Source: Moniliella sp. 'wahieum' (lineage: Eukaryota). From it: DNA of 64,000 bases. The translations under genes were made by a program, and so were the position numbers. Below, piece by piece: positions 10,998-22,441 of the stretch. Position 1 is the stretch's first letter; every line of letters begins with the position of its first letter. The stretch is from contig RSEE01000139.1 of assembly GCA_003971905.1 (NCBI GenBank), positions 62,001 to 126,000 of the forward strand, in the 5' to 3' direction. The notes under the pieces are model-generated. The model did not search any database, was not told the DNA's origin, and was given only the letters and a program-made list of their open reading frames with translations.

Positions 10998-13612
10998 CTA
11001 CTTATGCGTCAGTGGATCGATGGCCACAATGCCATCGAGCTCGAGGTAGGGGTAGCCCCACTCGCCAGGAAGCGCTTCACGGCAGTGCCGAGTCGACTGG
11101 CAGTAGGCTGGCCAGCAAGAGTATGCTTGCCAGCGCCGACAGCCACAAACGCCAGTCCCTGCACGCCCTCCTCTTCGAGGCCGAGAAGGAACTGTTCGGT
11201 GACTTCCTGCGCGGTAGCATGCTGATAAGATGGCAGCGCCCCAACGCAGACGCACATGCACACGTCAGTTTTTCCCATCCACCCCCACCGCCACAGCACA
11301 GAGTCCAACAACGTACCAAGCCATGCAGATCCAACAGATACTCCGCTCGTTCTTTCGGCAAAAGGCGTGCGGATGCGGCGCCGACCGCAGCGCGCCGTGC
11401 CACCCCAAGCACACCCCCATCCCCGCCCCAGCCGCCGACCCCGCATCCCACGCCCGGCTGGCTCGTCCGACGCGGCGCCCGACGAGCCAAGCAGCTTGGT
11501 GCGTAGCTGGCCATGCCGCTCCTTGAGTGTGGCCGTGGCGCTGCGTGCGCGTTCCTGGCCCAACTGCGCATTGAGCTCAGTAGCCCGACGAGACCAGCTG
11601 TGGGCACCAGCCCATCGCCGCGCGCATACGCGCTGGCCGCCGCACGCAGCGCCGCCGCGCGCTCCCCGATAAGGCCATCGTAGGTCCGCGTTCGTGCGCA
11701 TACAGATTGGCCACACTGCCTCCGGTCTCGAGGGTGGGGAGCAAGGCAGGAGGACGAAGGGGCAGGGCGTTGGGCCGTTTTGCCCTTAGTCGCCGGCGGC
11801 GCTGGGTCCACCGCGCCCCGTCCTGACACGGCAGGGCGTTGGTGCGCTGCCTGAGCCGCCGAAGCGTACCGCGCCGGCTCGACAGCGGGCTTCTTGGCAG
11901 GTTTGCGCGTGTCGAGTGAGGGGAAATCGGCCGTTTCCAGCCCTCGGTCCGAGGCGGGCCTGTCGAGCGCAAGACCGCCCATGCCCATGCCCGACGCGAG
12001 CGATTGCACCGCGCCCAAATCGTGCAAAAAGCCGCACTGCGCATTAAGGCATTCGCCTCGCAACCAGTACTTGCACAGCGCGCGGCCTAGGTCATGGCTA
12101 AACCGGCAATCGGACCGACGACAGTCGCCCGCCAAAAATACCGGCACACTCGTGCCCCGCCGGCAGGCGAGGAAGATGGCGTGCCGCGCTTGAGCGCGAC
12201 AAACGCTTCGGTCGACAAGACTTGTACGCCGTCGGCGCCACCACGGGCAAAGCCACGTGGTCCCTCGGGGAAGTAGAGGCGCGGGTTCATGCTGGCTGGG
12301 ACTTCGGCGCCCATCGGGGTCAGTACCGGTCCTTCCTCTTCCTCCTGCTCGGGCGGGGGCGGGGGAACGCCACCGTTGGCCAACACGGCCGTCAGCGTGG
12401 CTTGCACATCAAAGTTGTATTGCGCCAATACCGATTCGGCTGTCGCGCGCGTCCATCCCCCTTCCTCCCGTCCAGGCAAAAGAATGGCACAGAGCACATC
12501 CAACGGTGTCATCACTTCTTCACCCGTAACTTCCACTGCCACAGGGGCCTCCTCAGCCGGCGCAAGGTACGCTGCCGAGGCCAAGGTGTCACACGCACAG
12601 GCGGGGCAAAGGGTGAAAATTCATCTTCCTCCTCCTCCGCTTCGTTCTCTTGCTCTTCCTCCTTCTCTTCCATCTTGGGGTACAACAGCCGAGGACACCT
12701 TGGTCGGCGAAGCAGTGAGGTCCGCCCGGGCCCAAGGAACGCTCGTCATGGCACCGGCCGCACGCGGTGCCGAGGCCAACGGCGACGTGACGATCGGCGT
12801 GGTGCGTCCCGAGCGTGGGGTGAACTCGGCAGCAGCAAGGTTGAGCCGAGGCGAAGTAGCGATTGCGACGGCGGGCGATGTAGGGCGGGAGAGGTGGAGG
12901 GAGGTGGAGGTGGGGGTGGAAGAGGGCGGTGAGGTGGGAGGATCGCGCTCCAGCGGGGTTGGGGCCAAGGGGCGCGGGGCGATCCCGATCCGATCACGCC
13001 TGCTGCTGGTGCGACCGGGCGGGAAATGGGCGGGGGAGCAGTGCCGAGGGGTCGCAGGCCCCAGACGCCGGCAGGAGAGGCAGGTCGGCTGCCGCTGTCG
13101 CCGGCAACAGGCGCGCTGCCCCAGGCGGCGGCCGCAGCAGCAGCAGATGGGATACCAGATGGGATCCCAGTTGAGCCTGAGCGCACGGACGGTGGTTTGC
13201 GTCGCGGCGGAGGCGCACGCGAGTGGGCCGCAGCAGCAGAGGGGGTGGCGAGTAGCGCAGCGAGCGTGGGCGGCGGACTGAGTGGGCGGCCAGAGGGGGC
13301 GGCGTCCTCATGGAAGCGGTGGAGGAGCTGGAGGACGAGACGGTCGAGCTGGTCGGCGGTGAGGGCGCGGCGGGCACTGGCGGGAGAAGGGAGACGACCA
13401 GCGCGGACGTAGGCACGTGCCCAGGCGTCAAGCGCGGCGCGCACATCCTCCACCTTGCCGTCGTCGTCGGCCGCGAGCGCGAGGGCGGGCAGGACGGCGT
13501 CGGCGGGGGCAGCGGGGGCGCCGGGCGGCGGAGGGAGGGGCGCCGGGAAGAGGGCGGAGAGGAGGGCACGTGTGAGTGCCAGGGCCGGCGCGGCGTCCGA
13601 GGGGGCCGACAT
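10998..13612 (-). CDS. PAM2 + tandem CCCH zinc finger + Smr domain protein
   Basis: RLNLAAAEFTP (PAM2); CRYF..GDCRRSDCRFSH and CKYWLRGECLNAQCGFLH; LDLHG(intron ~11222-11316)..VAVGAGKH..WGYPYLELDG (Smr). Confidence 0.82.
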
Positions 13613-13620
13613 GGGCAGCG

Positions 13621-13680
13621 ATGGGATGGCGAGATGGCGAGATGGCGAGATGGTGAGATGGTGAGATGGTGAGATGGCGG
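13621..13680. repeat. (GATGGYGA)n octamer array
   Basis: About 6-7 tandem copies read directly. Confidence 0.9.
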
Positions 13681-13794
13681 CGGCCGGCCGACGCAGACAC
13701 CACGCCGCGCACCGGCAACCCTACTTCTCGCCCGGCCCACACCCAAATCAAACACACGCAGGCCCATTCGGATCGGGGGTTGCCTTTGGGCTGC

Positions 13795-13882
13795 TCGCCA
13801 TCGCCACTGCCATCGCCATCGCCATCACCATCGCCATCGCCATCACCATCGCCATCACCATCGCCATCGCCATCGCCATCGC
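13795..13882. repeat. (CATCRC)n hexamer microsatellite
   Basis: About 14 copies of CATCGC/CATCAC. Confidence 0.95.
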
Positions 13883-14025
13883 ACACATCCTATCCCACCC
13901 ACCCTCTAATCACACCCAATAGCGGTAGGAACGTTACATAACAATTCTTCTTCCATTCCGGTGGCTACCGAGCATGCTCATAGTCCCCTCCTCCCTCTTT
14001 CCCCTTGGTCTCCCTCGCGCCGTCC

Positions 14026-15014
14026 TCATACTGAAAAGTCAAACTGGACCCCGGTCAGCTGCTCCGTCACGTCAAACAGCTTGCCCGCCGCCTCCTTGTC
14101 CTGGCCGTTGGGAGCGACTGTGGCCGGGCCCACCTTGCCCGAGATCTCCATCCACCCCTGGGGCCCCCAATAGGATCCCGAAGCGACGCCGGGCATGGTG
14201 GCCGCATACGTTTGCGACAGCGCGCCCGTTGCGGCCGTTTGGGCAAACAACGAAGCCATGATCCACACCATGAGCGAACGAGGTGTGCCCTCGGTCAGAG
14301 CCCATCCTGGGTGCGCCAGTACCACCAACGGCGCAGCCAGCCCCGCCGCCGTGGTGCGCCTAGCCAGCTCTTGCCCCCACAGCAGGTTGGCAAGCTTGCT
14401 CTGTCCATATGCCACTTGGCCATTGTACGCGCGTTGGGTCCAGTCCAGGTCGTCGAGCGCAAGTGGCCCCGCTTGCTTGTGCAAAACGAGGATACAACTA
14501 CTACCCGACTGGAAGGCGTGTGCTTCAGCAGCGGGAACAATGTACCAATCAGCGTAGCGTGCGCCAAATGGTTCACTCCAAATACGGCCTCATGACCTGC
14601 ACGCCACAAGGAGGGTTAGTTGGTTAGTACAGTGCCAGCAAAGGTGGAAGGAGGGGGACGGAGCGGGATACGTGCCTTGGGCTGTCTGGTGCTTCTCGGA
14701 CGGATGAAGCACACCGGCATTGGCGACCAAAATGTCGAGTTGGGTATGGGTGGCGGCAAAGTCGATGGCAAACGTCTTGACCTTGTTGAGGTCGTCCAAG
14801 TCCAAGAGGGCCAACGTCGGCGTGCCCAAAGGCTTGGACGCAGTAATTTTCTCCACGGCTGCTTGGCCGCGACTTTGGTTGCGGCACGCTAGCACCACGT
14901 CCGCCCCAGCATGAGCGAGGTTGTATGCCGTCTCATAGCCCAGCCCGAGTTGGCGCCCGTGACAAGCGCGAGCTTGCCGGTGAGAGAAGGGATGTCGTTG
15001 GTGGTGAAGGCCAT
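14026..15014 (-). CDS. Short-chain dehydrogenase/reductase (retinol dehydrogenase-like)
   Basis: LVTGANSG, LDILVANAG, FGVNHLAH, YGQSKLAN (YxxxK), AHPGW; intron 14597-14675. Confidence 0.9.
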
Positions 15015-15490
15015 TGTATCTGAGGTGGAGCTGGGGGTGGCAAGGGGTGATGACAATGGGGGCAAAGGGGAGCGACCGGTTGAGGCAAAAGTTGCACTGG
15101 CCAACTCCAAGTGGCCTTTTTATAACCGTTCTTGTTTCGATGAGATATGATGCAGGGGTCAGGCCTCAGGAGCTGGGCCGGAAGAAGGGATCACCATACA
15201 CCCCTGGCGAGACCACCGGCTCAGGCAGAAGGGGTTTTTTCTCGTTCATCGCTAGCACGTCTCGCGCGTGATGCTTCCACAGACAGCCACAGTCCATCCC
15301 ACGCCGCTGTCCGCAAGCACGGCGTGCCTCCTACGCTCCTGGCTGATGCGCTCCAGATAGCCGCAAGCGTAAGGTGTATCGCTACAGCGCGTTCCAGAGA
15401 AGTCGCTGGACGTGGCTACAGTAAGCCAATTCAAATCAACTAATAGAAGCAGCGATGGACACCCCTTGTGCTAGGCCCTGTTTTGGGCCT

Positions 15491-16360
15491 TGAAGCTTGA
15501 AGCTTGAAGCTTGATGGAAAATAACCGGCCCCACGCCGGCTTCGCCTACATCCCGCGGCCAGCCTGTTGGCTAATCTCCGCTCTCAGATTGAGATCTGAC
15601 TGTTCGGGGACCTCCTCCCCCAACAAGTGCCATGAGTACTGGGGGTTCTGTGCAGATCATCCCGCGGCCACTGCCCCCATCCACCCACCCAGACCCACCC
15701 GCCTCGTGGCCGGAGATAAAGAACACCTTGGGCCTTATTAGGCCCAAGTACTTAGACGTAAGGCCGTAACGCGTAACGCGTAAGGCCTAGGTAGGCCTAA
15801 GACCAGTAGGTTAGGGTTAGCTAAGCGCTAAAGCTCCAAGACCGAAAGCTTTAAGGTTCGTACGTCCATCGATCATCAATCGATCATCTCGATCATCTCG
15901 ATCATCTCGATCATCGATCATCCGGCTCCATCCCTCTGTCTTTGTCGGAAAGACAGCGACGAGAAGATATGGAGTGCATCTACGCTATGGACGATGCGCA
16001 AGGGATCGAGGCTATCGGGGTTAGTTAGCGCCGCTCAAGCTTGAAGCTTTAGTAACGTCTAACGTTTACCGTTAACCGTTTACCGTTGAACGTTGAACTC
16101 AACGTCGAGGCAGATGAACAAGTGGTTGGTGATTGGGTTGGGGAGGGAGGGGTACAAGTACAAGCCAGAGCCGTCACTACGAAGCCTCTGTCTGCAAGAC
16201 AAGGAGGAAGGGAAGGTCTTTGGAGTCCCACTAGGGCAGCCTTGCAGCAACCTGGCCAGGGGCGTGGGGGAGGGGGGGGGGGGAAAGAGGGACCATCGAT
16301 CAGGCCCAGGCCACGGGCCACAAACCTCAGGGATGAAAGATCAGGCCTCAGGTCTCAGGA
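15491..16360. repeat. Intergenic patchwork of palindrome-core heptamer arrays
   Basis: (TGAAGCT)3 at 15491, TAACGCGTAACGCGTAA ~15767, ATCGATCATC arrays 15868-15922, TGAACGTTGAAC ~16087, TCAGGCCTCAGG ~16341. Confidence 0.85.
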
Positions 16361-18033
16361 ATGAGTTTGGGCCAACTGCACCTTCAACCTGCGAATCTCC
16401 TTTTCGCGCTCAATCAGCACCGCCCGACCCTTTTCAATCTCATTCACAATCGCAATCCGCATTGTCCAACCGTCTTGCTTCGCCCAACACGGATTCTTGC
16501 GACAAGGCTTCAATCAGCTGGCCACTGACGCTGTGCAGCGGATGAGGGTGGTGCGGCACAGGTGGCGCCCCTGCTTCTGTTTCTGCTTCCCCTCTGCCTC
16601 GGCCCCGGTCTCCTCCAAAACAGAAGAAGGTTCGAGCGCGGCGATCGGTTCAACTGGCTCAAGCTCTCCTCTTGCCGCGTCCGCCTCACCCGGACCATGG
16701 GGTTGATTCCCCCCTTCCTCCCCGACAGCCGCGTCGGGCGAGTCAAGCTGCATGGCTTCCCCTCCTTGTTCGGGGTGCAATGCCTCGCCCCCCTCCGTCT
16801 CGGTAGACTCTTTCTTAATCCGTACCGGCGCCGCCGCCGCGGCCGGGGCCGCCGGTGTGTCGGTGGAGGCCGAAGTGGGAACGAGAGAGGAGACGGCGTC
16901 GGTCGAAGACGCCGTGTTGGTAGGAGGGGCGGCAGTGGTAGGCTGTGCAGGCGGCTGGGCGATTGGGAGGGGCGAGGTGGCGCGGCGGGATGTCTCCCTG
17001 TTGGCGTGCGACAAGGCCCAGGCGGTGTAAATCCGTTTTTGCTCTTCGTACGTCGCATACACACTGGGGTTGGCAAATGCCTCGGCGCTTGTGGCGGGAA
17101 GTGGGGTGGGAGGGTGAGCGATGAGGATGTCGTAGAATGCCTCGGTGGGCTCGGGAAACACAATCTCCTCGTACTGCCACGAATGGACCACGGGGACGAC
17201 GACCAAGGACGAGGCCGCCGCCGGGTCAGGTAGCGACAGGATCGGTGCCACAGAAGTATCGGCTGATTCGGTACCGGGAAGAGGGTGGGTCGAAGGGCGT
17301 AAGACGCCAATGGGGTCAGGAGGGATGGGCTGTCCAACAACACGTCCGCCCACTCGTCCAGGGATGGAGCTTGAGATGGTGGTAGAGTGTGATGGGCTTC
17401 TCGTTGGCTTCCGGTACAAAGAAGATCTTGATTTGGATCTCAAACTCGCCCCAGCCCGTCTCGGTCACTTGAAACGGCGGTTTGTCCACATCTGCCGACA
17501 CACACATGGGGTTAACACAGGCCTTTTGCCTTCTCTCTGTCTAATCAAGCAGCCGCCAACAGCAAGGCGGAGAGCCACGTACTTCTCGTTGGTTGGGCAT
17601 ACGTCTCATGCAACTTAAACTGAACGCGGCGGATAAAGTAGGAAATGTCATCTTTGCCCCCAATCATCTTGTGAAAGTCCAGCTCCGACTCGCGTCCGCG
17701 CGTCGAAACGCCCACGTGCGCAGCGGTCGTAGCAGCCACAGCGGCGGCTGCCGCAGGCGTAGAAGGGGTAGGATGGTGGCGCAATCGAGCACCCACACCC
17801 GACGCACCAGGTGTGCCGCCTGTCGCAGGCGCATCCACTGTCACCGGCGGCGGCGCAGCAAGCATCGGGTTGGACGCTGCGCTGCGCACAGCCACCGTCC
17901 ACCGGTGGGTATGGTCCGGTGGGGACACCAGTTTCTCCGCCGGGCTAAGGGGCGTGGCAGTGGTGCCGACGATGATGGGGCGGCTGACAGCCACGCCGCG
18001 GATGCGTTTGACAGGCGGTTGAGGCGCAACCAT
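16355..18033 (-). CDS. YAF9: YEATS-domain protein Yaf9 (NuA4/SWR1)
   Basis: [68 protein letters not shown]-terminal coiled coil; intron 17492-17582. Confidence 0.93.
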
Positions 18034-18852
18034 GGGGGCGATGGTGGTGGTGGTGGTGGTGGCGGAGCAACAGACAGACGCGTCTGGAGATGGGCCGTCC
18101 CGAAGACACTTGCTCTCTCCCGCCGCCTCGAGCCGACGAGCGGGTTCCGCTTTGTTCCGCCCGACTACCCCGCGTGGGCACTGTGCAGGCGGGAATAATG
18201 CGATGCTACGCATGGGGCCGCAGGAGGTTGCGTTTGGGCTCGCTAGTGCGGATGCGTGATGCGCGTCAGCATCCCCCTTGGGACGAGTTGGTTCGTTCGC
18301 CAGGTGCAATCCAGCAGGGTTATTAATCTGGGAACGCAGCAGCACCACCATCGCCGTGGCTTGGAGGCTGCTCGGGAGCGCCTGAGACGGGGACATACCG
18401 ACGGGGGGCTATATATCCGCACACAACTAATCTCGTTTGCATGCGTGAGACAAATCGCCCGCCCAGATCTGTCCAGGCGTACACGGGGGACGGCACAGAT
18501 CCACAATCTCCCTCACACACGCTACGATGGTGGTGAGACAAACGATGAGATAGAACGACGAAGGCTAGAACGGATGGAAGGGAGAAAAGAGACAAAGGGA
18601 GCCACACGGTCGGACAAGATGCGAGAAACTGAGAGGGGGGAGACAACACACCCTGAGGCCTTGAAGGCTGTAGGGAGGCACGACTGCAGAGCCACAGTGC
18701 CAATGGAGGATGGACAGGGCTGTGGGGACAACCAACATGGACGGGAGGGAGAGGGCAGGAAAAGGGGAAGGGTTGTAATTGGAGACAAGAAAAAGGAATG
18801 GGGGAGAATCCCGTCCTTTCATCGCACAGGACGGGGGGGTAGGTAGGTAGGA

Positions 18853-20493
18853 TCAAGCAGCCATCATGTGCATCTGGGAGACCAAGGGCTGAGGGGGAGA
18901 ACGGGTAAAGTGAGCCTTGCCCATGATACGGGGGGAAGAGGGCGCGTCCTTCCGCGGGATCACCACCTCTGCTCTCCGAGGGTTGGGGGAAGATACCGAC
19001 GCCGGCGGACTGAGGGGCGTGGCGGTGGAGGACAAAGGAATATTGAGCGCGGCCAAGTTGAGAACGGCGGCCTCGGGCGCGAGTGGGTTCGACAAACTTC
19101 GCGCCATCCGCGGCTCGTCGGTCGGATGACTCTGTTGCCGCCGCAGCACATCCAGAATCTTGTTCATATCGTATGGCCCCTTGGGCACGACAGCTCCCAT
19201 AGGTGGAGGGTGGTGTGCCGGTTGGGCTTGAACAGGAGCAGGGGCGTACGCTGAGTCATCAACGTTCACTTCCGGTCGAACGGACGGCGGATCCGCAGCG
19301 GGGACAGAGACAACAGCAGCATTGAGCCCATGTTGCCGCACAAGCTCCCATAACCGTTCATTCTCGCTTGTCAACGAACCGTGTTTGCTCTTGAGCTCTC
19401 CGATCGCCTCGTCCCGCTGCGCCAACAGATCTTCAAGTTGGGTAATGTACTCTTTCCTCCGTTCCCGAAAGTTGCGCGCCGCGAAATCTTGTTGCGCAGC
19501 TGCCTTTTCTCCTTGGACGAAAGCGCGCGGTACTCTTCTGCGTTCCGACGGTCCGCTAAAGCCACCGCTTGGGCCTGGCCCTCGCTAGATTGTACACTGG
19601 GCAGTGGAGCGTTCCTGCGCAGTGCCCTCGGATGAGGCACGAACCAGGAAGATGCGCGGCGACCTCTGGAGCTGACATGCGTTCCCACACACAACTGGCC
19701 CGTCTTGGGTCCCTTCAGCGTGCTCAGGGACAGCCTGGGTCTGCAATGCCTGGAGCTGCTGCGCGATCTGGTCCGCTAGCGTCATTTGGACCAAGTGCGG
19801 GTCGATCGAGTTGGGGTCCAAGCTGTTGGATAGGTCCATAGATGGCTGTGAGATGGGAGGCAGAGCGAGCATGTCCGTGTCCTCCATCTCCATCTCTGTT
19901 TTCCTCGCTGCCCCCCACAGCGACGCAGACAGGGTCAGTGTACCTGACGGGGACGAGGCGGGGTGCAGGGGAGGGGGAGCGGGGCCAGTGAGTGCTGGTT
20001 CGGGCCGGAGAGGCACGGTTGGGAGGCAAGTGGGCTCGAGGGTGTATCGATGGAAAGAGGCGGGGGGTCGAGTTCGTCAAGAGTCCAGCCAGACAGGTCG
20101 TCCTGCCCGGCGTCCTCAGAGAGGGTAGGGGTAAGAGGGTGGGGTCGGGAAGCGGGGGCGGGGCAGAGGTAGCGGGAGAGGGGGCTGGGGGGCGGGAGGG
20201 CGGGTGTGTGTACAGGGGAACTGGCGGGGGCCAGGAAGGGGTCGGCGAGGTACGCGGACCAGCTGGGTTGAGGTTGAGATTGAGATTGAGGTTGAGATTG
20301 AGGTTGAGATTGAGGTTGATGAGTTGAGATGAGGTTGAGATTGAGGTTGAGGCTGAGGCTGGGAGGCTGAGGGAGGGAGAGGTGGCGTAGTGGGCACGGA
20401 GCGTGCGCTCGACGAGGGCGGGGGTGGGCTCGATGCCGTGGCGGCGGAGCTGGAGGATGAGGTGGTGGCGGAAGGTGGACTCGGGGTGGCCAT
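18853..20493 (-). CDS. bZIP transcription factor
   Basis: EEYRALSSKEKRQLRNKISARNFRERRKEYITQLEDLLAQRD..LTSENERL (one frameshift); start approximate. Confidence 0.82.
20268..20360. repeat. (TTGAGA/TTGAGG)n hexamer repeat in the bZIP N-terminus
   Basis: Read directly; encodes a Q/P/S-rich tract on the minus strand. Confidence 0.85.
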
Positions 20494-20780
20494 GGTGGGG
20501 GGGATGGGGAGGAGGCAGAGGAGGCGGTGGGCGGAGGATGGAAGATGGCGGCTGTTCGTGCGCTTCCTGGGCGGGGGGGTGGGACACGGTGGATCAGCGC
20601 AGCCCACCCGGGTCCTTTCAATTTCAACGGGCGAGTGACTAGTGATTAGTGATTAGGGGACGGTGATTATCGATGGGCTACAGGTTACGTCAGCTGCTGG
20701 TGCCACTCGCCTGTGCGGTGGATCTGACATCGGACGCCGTCTCCACATCGAAGCGCCCAATCAGTCGCTACCCCTCGGCC

Positions 20781-22056
20781 ATGAAGGAAGCCACACGCAA
20801 GATCATTGGAGAGGGTTAGTACACGCACCCATGCTTCTCCCTCCTCTTCCCTCTTCCTCCTCCTCCCCCAGCGCCTAACCACTCCCCCCCCCCCAGTCGC
20901 CGTCTTTGCCGTGTCGCAGTGGCGTTCTACTACGCCTTCCGCTACATCCTCTCCTCCCTCGACCCAACCGCTCCCAGCGCGCCGAAAGAAGAAGGCCGCC
21001 AACGCCAGCTCCGCGCCTCGGCCTCGCCTCGGGCGCCTCCGAGCTGCTCAACCTCACCGAGCACGAGGGAGCAGATCTCTCCGAGCTCATCCTCCCGACG
21101 ACATCCGCGAGAGACGTTTGCCGACATTGGTGGCCTCGAACCCATCATCTCTCGCTCCGTGAGAGCGTCATCGCGCCCCTCTGCTTGCCCAGCTTTTCCA
21201 CCCCGACACCGCGGCCGATGGCTCAGGGGTCGCCTGCTCGGCGCGCCTAAGGGTGTCTTGCTCTACGGGCCGCCCGGCACAGGCAAGACCATGCTGGCCA
21301 AGGCGCTCGCGAAGGAATCGGGTGCCACATTCATCAACATGCGTGTCTCCACTCTGACCAACAAGTGGTTTGGTGAATCCAACAAGCTCGTGGCTGCCTT
21401 GTTTAGCTTGGCACACAAGCTCCAGCCCAGCATCATCTTTATTGACGAAATCGACTCGTTCCTCCGCGAGCGCGGCTCCAGCGACCACGAGGTCACGTCG
21501 ATGATGAAGGCCGAGTTCATGTCTCTCTGGGACGGTCTCACCTCCGGATCGGACCGCATCATGGTGCTCGGCGCGACCAACCGGCCGAACGACATTGACA
21601 GTGCCATCCTGCGAAGAATGCCGAAACGCTACGCGGTAGCACTGCCCGATGCTACCCAGCGACGCAAGATTCTCAACCCTGCTCCTGTCGCCCGACAACC
21701 ACGTCTCCCTCGACAAGCAGTTCAACATGGACGCCTTGGTGGACCATACCGAAGGAATGAGCGGATCGGACTTGAAGGAACTGTGTCGGAACGCGGCCAT
21801 GGTACCCGTGCGCGAGTTTATGCAATCGGCCGCGGGCAAACAACATTTAGAGGCAACCGTGCGCGCCAACCGAGACCGTCACACTACTCCCACCCACGCA
21901 CCGTCTCCGTCTAACCCCGCCTCGTCGAGCCGCATCTTGACGCGTGCCCTGCGCAACTCGGACTTTTACGTCAACGATTCGGCTGCTACGCCACTACACA
22001 CACAGATGAGGGTACGCACCGGCTCGTCGGTGCCGCTAACAGAAGGGCTGGACTAA
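20781..22056 (+). CDS. MSP1: Membrane AAA+ dislocase Msp1/ATAD1
   Basis: N-terminal [90 protein letters not shown]; intron 20815-20896. Confidence 0.93.
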
Positions 22057-22441
22057 GTCCCGCCCGAGTCGTCGAGCCAATGGCGGCCAGTACGTTTAAG
22101 GGTGGGCGGTTAGTCGTGGTCTGTCCCCTGATTCCATATGGGAATGCCGAGACGTGGGTAGTTTCTCAGGATGACACTCACCGGTTCCCGATCTGGGTAT
22201 TGCGCATAGATCGCATGTGGACAGAAGGTGTCCACAGGCCGGGGCTGAGCATTTATTCCATTTGCCGGGCAATGGCTGGCCCCGTTGACAATCGTTTGGA
22301 ACCCCCCTGTTGAAGGGATGGGAATGAATGGGAGGCCACTGGAATGGAATCTGGACATCATGTCCTGCCATCGGCATCTCCTTCGTCTACGAGGACACAT
22401 TTACAGGCCTGTATAGCTCGCACTAGCGCCTCACTTAGTAG

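Noticed and set aside
15811..15820. TTAGGGTTAG telomere-like repeat (also CCCTAACCCT at 2361)
   Set aside because: Under two units; expected by chance.
17660..17880. Long low-complexity insertion within the Yaf9 YEATS domain
   Set aside because: Falls in a variable loop; no reason to think it novel.
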